From Polymyxa betae A26-41 (Eukaryota; Protista; Endomyxa: Phytomyxea): a DNA stretch of 64,000 nucleotides. Location of the stretch: assembly GCA_003693705.1 (NCBI GenBank), contig RBZT01000734.1, forward strand, positions 1 to 64,000, given 5' to 3'. This document shows positions 58,766 through 64,000 of this stretch, piece after piece. Position 1 is the stretch's first letter; every line of letters begins with the position of its first letter. The notes below the pieces were generated by a model. That model was not told the DNA's origin, did no database searches, and saw nothing but the letters and a program-made list of their open reading frames with translations. Made by a program: the position numbers and the translations under genes.

Positions 58766-59860
58766 CTATTCGCTCTTATCATACATCAGATAGGTATAAA
58801 CCATTCGTAGCGAATGGTTTACCATTTCATCATGTCCTGTTACCACTTTTAGTTTCTTTCGAAGTTTTGTTAACATCGTATCGCTGTGAATTTCGGGTTT
58901 CATTGATTTCATTTGATTTATCAGTGTTTGGAACTCTTCGAAGTTCATATTCTATGATGGGACTTCTTCATATTTTACCGTCTCTCTCGTTTTTGCTGTT
59001 GGTCGTTCAATAGTTCCTGCTCACGTCGTCCAGACACGAGCAGAAGGACGAGGACAAGCTCATAGAAGTCGTTGGAGGTTCGGTAATTTATTTAATTGAT
59101 TCGCTCTTTACTGATTTCTATGTTTTGTTTCTGTTCATGTTTTTTGCTGTTGTTCACCCATACTTTCTGAGCCATCGTTACTTGGAGCTTGAGGATCGTC
59201 TTTTGATTTTCTTTAATTCGGTTTTGAATGATAATATATCGATTTTGATGTGTATGCCACATTGAGATTGACAAAGTGCTCTATCAGTTTCTTAACATTG
59301 AATTTTTTGCCATTCTGCCAGTTTTTCCCAACTCGCTCTGTGTATAACATTACCATCTTTTATAAACTTCTGTGGTGCGGTCTCGCCTTCATTCGTCGCC
59401 ATCCTTTCTCCTTCCTGCTTTCTATCGTCTGCTAGTTGATGCAGCAGGGAGAACATCCTCGACTCTTTTGTCGCTGAAGGCTGATGTTTTCTTGATGAAG
59501 GCTGAAAAATTTCAACGTGAGATATATTAACAGTGATTGCGATGATCTGCTTCAATGATCTTGGTCTTGACTTTGGTTACGCAGGGAGCTTTCTGAGCTA
59601 TTATCTTTCCATTAAGTTACTCAGGTGAAAGTTCATATCGTAGGCCTGACAACATTCGAAACTGCTTCTTTGGTTATTTTGGAAGTTTGCCTTTTGTCCA
59701 TCGAAACACTTCCATCATCTACTTTTGAATTCTTGCGTCAAAGCACGAGAGGATTCCTGTGCCAAACAAAGCTTGTCTCAACGCTGCATGTAGCGAAGCA
59801 GAGCCATTTTCCTTGTCACTATTGCTAAACAGCGGCTTTGGGAGCATCATATCTCATCAA
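58766..59860 (-). CDS. Hypothetical multi-exon charged/coiled-coil protein
   Basis: Several K/E/Q-rich minus-strand ORF pieces (58766..58948, 59092..59274, 59292..59555) with strong purine bias on the minus strand. Confidence 0.4.
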
Positions 59861-59903
59861 TACATTTCGGCTGATAAATCGATTTAGTAAAATTTAGAAC
59901 GGT

Positions 59904-60187
59904 TTAGATATGAAAAGGATCCTTTGGGCTGGACTGATTAGAACGTAATTCTTTGACCAGCATAGCCAATGCTTCTGGATTTAAACCTGCTTCACATAAA
60001 CTGACCAATATGGCCAATGCTTGCCGATCTAGCCCTGTATTCAAGATTGAAGATATCTCATGCAAAACTGTGACATCGATCAGGGCGAGCATCGATGACG
60101 TAAATTAGACGTACGATCAAGAGCGCGATCGGCCTCAGACTGCTTGGCGTCTTTCCTGTCGGCGCCTCGATTGACGCTTTCTCTCAT
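59904..60187 (-). CDS. MZT1: Mitotic-spindle organizing protein 1 (MOZART1/GIP, gamma-TuRC component)
   Basis: [45 protein letters not shown] after one intron. Confidence 0.92.
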
Positions 60188-60575
60188 CGCCAGGAATGAT
60201 AACGACCACTATCCGCACTATGACAGTTATATAATCGAATATTGCATAATGTGATTTAAACGTTGAGTATATGACAGCTAATACCAAAAGTAATACAAGT
60301 TAATTAGTGAAGCTGCTGAATCTCACCTATTGTACGAAGAATTCCTGGGCTTGCGGTATAAAACAGCAATTTTACTGATAACAACAGACCTTAGTGGGGT
60401 TCTCCAAATTAAATCTGCAGAACGGCAAATGCCAATAAATGTCGTATATCGGATTTACTACAATCACAATAAAAATAAAATTTGGGCCTCTGCTGGTCAG
60501 TCTGCCTTTCGCAGGATAAAACCACTCCAACAGATTTGGTCGCGGACGGCATTTTTGCAGCGACATTTAACTGCG

Positions 60576-61469
60576 ATGTTTAATTGGAGATGGGCGATTT
60601 GTATCGTTCATCTCGTGGCTTTGGCCAGTCCCTTCCCGATGTCATCAGTTAGCTGCTCAAAACCGAAGCCGCAGCTGCTCTCCTACTGCCATCGCTACTC
60701 AGAATCGACCTGCTGTCGCCAGCAGCACGACCAGCAAATTTTACAGAATGTCGCTGGTCTGCACGCCTCATCTGGTGACGAATCATTCTCGGCCGAATGT
60801 ATCGCTTGGACATCCCGCATGGCGTGCTCTGTCTGCGATCCACGAATATCAGGTCCCGACCCAATGTACAGCGACATTTGCCCATCAACATGTCGTTCCT
60901 GGTATGAAGCCTGCCATAAAGATCTATTCACCAATCATATTCGAACTGGACTACTAGCACCATGTAATCCAATGTCGCTGGTTTGTAGCTCACTAAGTGA
61001 TATCTTCAATGACGACCACATCACATTTTGTGCTCGATCCGGGTTTCGCGTCGCCGAAATCGATTCCGATCTGTGTTATCGTGGCGACGAACCGCGATCT
61101 GCTCCAAGATCACCTCGAGCTGAACGTCAACGTCCTCCGCCAACTTTCAATCGATCATGGTTGGGAATCGGCATCGCTCTGGCTTTAATCTTGGTCAAGA
61201 TTCTGGTGACCGGCCAACCTAGGCCTGAGCCAGACCAACCTTTATCTGAAGATGAGATTATAGCCAGGAGGGCGCTCCTTGTTCAGAAATGGGCTGAACG
61301 AAATTCTATCAATTTAACAAATGAGGACGGAACTGAACCAGTGAATCTGGAATCTGAAGTCGTTGCAACGGAACCGGGTTCAGTTTCAGTTGAAAATGAC
61401 CAAGTATCAGATGCTCTGTCCGAACAAAGTATTAATGTACCAAAAGCACCTATTCCATTAAATACATAA
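60576..61469 (+). CDS. Type I membrane protein with folate-receptor-family cysteine-rich domain
   Basis: Signal peptide MFNWRWAICIVHLVALA; YCHRYSESTCC..ECIAWTSRMACSVCDP..ICPSTCRSWYEAC..APC..LVC..FC; TM WLGIGIALALILVKILV; acidic tail. Confidence 0.75.
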   Translation: MFNWRWAICIVHLVALASPFPMSSVSCSKPKPQLLSYCHRYSESTCCRQQHDQQILQNVAGLHASSGDESFSAECIAWTSRMACSVCDPRISGPDPMYSDICPSTCRSWYEACHKDLFTNHIRTGLLAPCNPMSLVCSSLSDIFNDDHITFCARSGFRVAEIDSDLCYRGDEPRSAPRSPRAERQRPPPTFNRSWLGIGIALALILVKILVTGQPRPEPDQPLSEDEIIARRALLVQKWAERNSINLTNEDGTEPVNLESEVVATEPGSVSVENDQVSDALSEQSINVPKAPIPLNT

Positions 61470-61480
61470 TCAGCAGTATT

Positions 61481-64000
61481 TCAAATATTCATTGGGGCCT
61501 CGTTTTCTACGCCGTCGAACTCGCGGCTCAGAGGTCGAGGCCTTTTCAGGCGGCTGATATTGGGCTTGTTTGGGCTGGTTGGGCAAGATGTAGATTTAGA
61601 TGGCCGTTCTGGTTTGGTAGGCGAGCTGTATGGAGGCTGCTTAAGCAAATTCTCCATTCGATTGGAAATCTCGTTCAGAGCGTGGTGGTGAACCTCGCGA
61701 TATCTCAGCTCGGATTCGAACTGCTGCTGGGCATCAATTGCTAACGACACTTGATCTTTGCAGACTTGACTGGTCTCTGAGAAATAATTACAAACGCCCT
61801 GGCGGATAGTTTTCACGTGAGATTCGGTGCTCAGCTGATGAGATTGGGTGCTTTCGAATATAGTCTGAACAGGTGACGACATGGCGGCGGAGCTTGACCT
61901 GATCTCATCGTATCCTGGGCCCAGATAGTTCGTGAATTCGTCTGCAACATCAGCAACCGGTTGGCACGAGGTCGGAATTGTGTTCAGCGATTTCACAAGC
62001 GATGTTAGCGAGGCCTGCGATTCCGTGATGTTCTGCGAGAGGAGTTGCTGTTCTGACCGACGAATGTCGGCATCGGCTGTAGAAGCAGCGCCGACTTTAT
62101 CGCGAATGCCGCTGAACGATTGTATGAGGTTGGAGCTCATAGAATCGATACGAGAATCAATACTGGTGGCATGGGCACCAATCTCTTCAACAAGTTCGGC
62201 AGATCGCGTCTGAACCATTTCGACCAGCTGCTGAACCAGCGAATCGCATTTCTGGCGAACTGATTTTTCTTGCTCGATGAATGACTGAATGAGCGACGTT
62301 CGGAGCTGGCCGACCTGTTGCTCGTGATGGTCCTGCTGAGACTTCATTGTGGCATCCAGCACGCTCCATTGCTGTTCAAGATCAATCGTCTTCTCTTGCA
62401 TCTGAGTCAGCAAAGCCGACGAATTGGTCAAACCACCCTGCAGCGCGTTCTCCATCTCGTTTTGAAACGAATTCAACGAGGTCTGGAATCTCGTCTCCTG
62501 ATCTTCGCAAAAGCGTTTGATGTCAACTTGGAACGAGGACGTCTTTTGTTGGAGATCATCAAGTTTGGCACGAATTCGTTCTAGGTTCTGTGGAAGACCG
62601 TCCTCTTTCGTCACCGACGTCAAGAACGCGAACAGAATCGATAAATCGTTGTTCAAGGTGGAAGCCACGCGGACCATATTGTCCTGCAGACTCTTCGCCG
62701 ACTGGCTGACCGTGCTGGCCCAAGTGCGGGCGTTGTCGACAGCGATTTTGGTCCGGTTCGAGTGCAGTGCCAGAAAATCGTCCAGTGATTTACGGACGTC
62801 AATTATATGGGCGCCGCACGACGAATGGCAGGCGGCGATGGCCTGAGCCTGCTCATGCATGGATTTGTCACGGCGTGAAATGGCCTCTTTGGCCTGGTCG
62901 CGCTCTTGTGTCATAGAGCAAAGCATCTGCGACAGTTGATCACATTTTGTCTGCCAATGATCCTGCTGTCGTGCCATCTCTTCCTGAAGACCATCCACTT
63001 CTTTAGCGTGGTTGTCTTTCATCTGCAGAGCTTCATCGCGTAACCGCTGATTTTTCTCGCTGATTTGATGCAGCTCCTGACGCAGAGATTCCATTTGTTC
63101 GCCCTGGCGTTCCAATGCAGTTTTGCCTTCAGCGAGTTCCCTCTCCATCTGTTCAAACTGCTCCGGAGGCAGAAAGACTCCAGATTTAGTTCGTTGAGCC
63201 TCCAGCTGCTTCTTAATGAGGCTCATATTCACCTGAAGGTCTCGAACGAAGGCTTTTTGAGTGACCCTGCAGTAGCTGTAAGACATGAGACCTCCCGTCG
63301 TTCTGTTCTTACTTTTGATTAACTTCGGGTCGATTGAGAATGTTCTTGGCCGTGTGAGCATATTCGAGCGTTTTCAGTGTTTCTTCGAGGCCTCGTTGCG
63401 ATGGAGAGATAGTCGCGATTAGAATGGTTTTTGCCTTTCCTCCAAGTGACTCTTGCAGCAATCGTGTCAGTTTACTTTCACGATATGGGATATGGCGTTG
63501 GCCTTGAACGAGGGAATTGATCACACGACCCAACGTTAGCAGTGACCGATTGATGTTTCCAGCTTCTTTGGCGCGCTGTCCAACAGCTTCGGATTTGCCG
63601 ACACATTCGGATCCAGCCAGATCGACCAGATTTAGCTTTCCGATCTTGATGATACTTTCGCCATCAACTGTCGTCTCTTTCGTGTGAACTTTGACAGTAA
63701 AAATTGTATGAGATCGAGACGACGCCGCATCTACCAGACATTCAGACGAGGGTAATGAAAGTGCAGGAATACTGAACTCATTTTGGTTTCAGCAGTTTTA
63801 CGCCGATCCCAGCAACGGGTCAGTACGGTAAAAATATCAGTTGGGTCGACAACCAGAACCTTGAAAAGACAAATTCAGGGCAGCATTCAAGAGAAAAAAT
63901 CTTCGTATCACCTCCTCTAAATTTGACACGAAAACGCCTTTCACGAGATCGTCAAAGATGCGGAGGTCGCCCTCATTAGAATCGGTCAACAGATCCAAAA
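61481..64000 (-). CDS. KIF11: Kinesin-5 (BimC/Eg5 family), 5' part outside the window
   Basis: SSRSHTIF; [11 protein letters not shown]; [12 protein letters not shown]; [23 protein letters not shown]; NRPEVNQK neck; RTKSGVFL; long coiled-coil stalk. Confidence 0.93.

Noticed and set aside
60330-60575. 82-codon N-terminal extension of the 379-aa ORF
   Set aside because: Non-ATG start in AT-rich promoter-like sequence; the signal peptide begins at ATG 60576.

Overview
Gene-dense eukaryotic nuclear DNA (roughly mid-40s % GC by eye, mostly 42-55 bp GT-AG introns, intergenic gaps often under 200 bp). The gene content and intron style suggest a compact SAR protist, possibly a plasmodiophorid-like rhizarian; this is inference, not established from the sequence. 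The first ~2.2 kb is degenerate and holds a frameshifted plant/oomycete-type mariner transposase fragment. About 30 protein-coding genes follow: a family-16 methyltransferase, ATG3, TMA7, RPS14, URI1, CHD1, a Rad5/16-type SNF2-RING helicase, a REXO exonuclease, a PUF protein, NOP53, bL36, a histone-fold protein, TBCD, RCC1, RPL4, PRMT3, a ZNF706-like protein, MZT1, a folate-receptor-domain protein, a partial kinesin-5 and several orphans. The stand-out is a ~10.5 kb minus-strand gene (50566->40003). It fuses a P4-ATPase (flippase)-like module to a two-domain transmembrane nucleotide-cyclase module, the architecture of alveolate ATPase-guanylyl cyclases. Here three tandem DEP domains sit between the cyclase halves, and nearly every catalytic motif of both the ATPase and the cyclase is substituted. 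Other leads: an intronless secreted Ala/Gly/Ser/Asn-rich repeat protein with a 94-bp tandem repeat directly upstream, a recurrent GTCCG promoter motif, and a hidden 3-exon 53-aa microprotein. No rRNA, tRNA or CRISPR was recognised. Exon boundaries were read by hand and are approximate.
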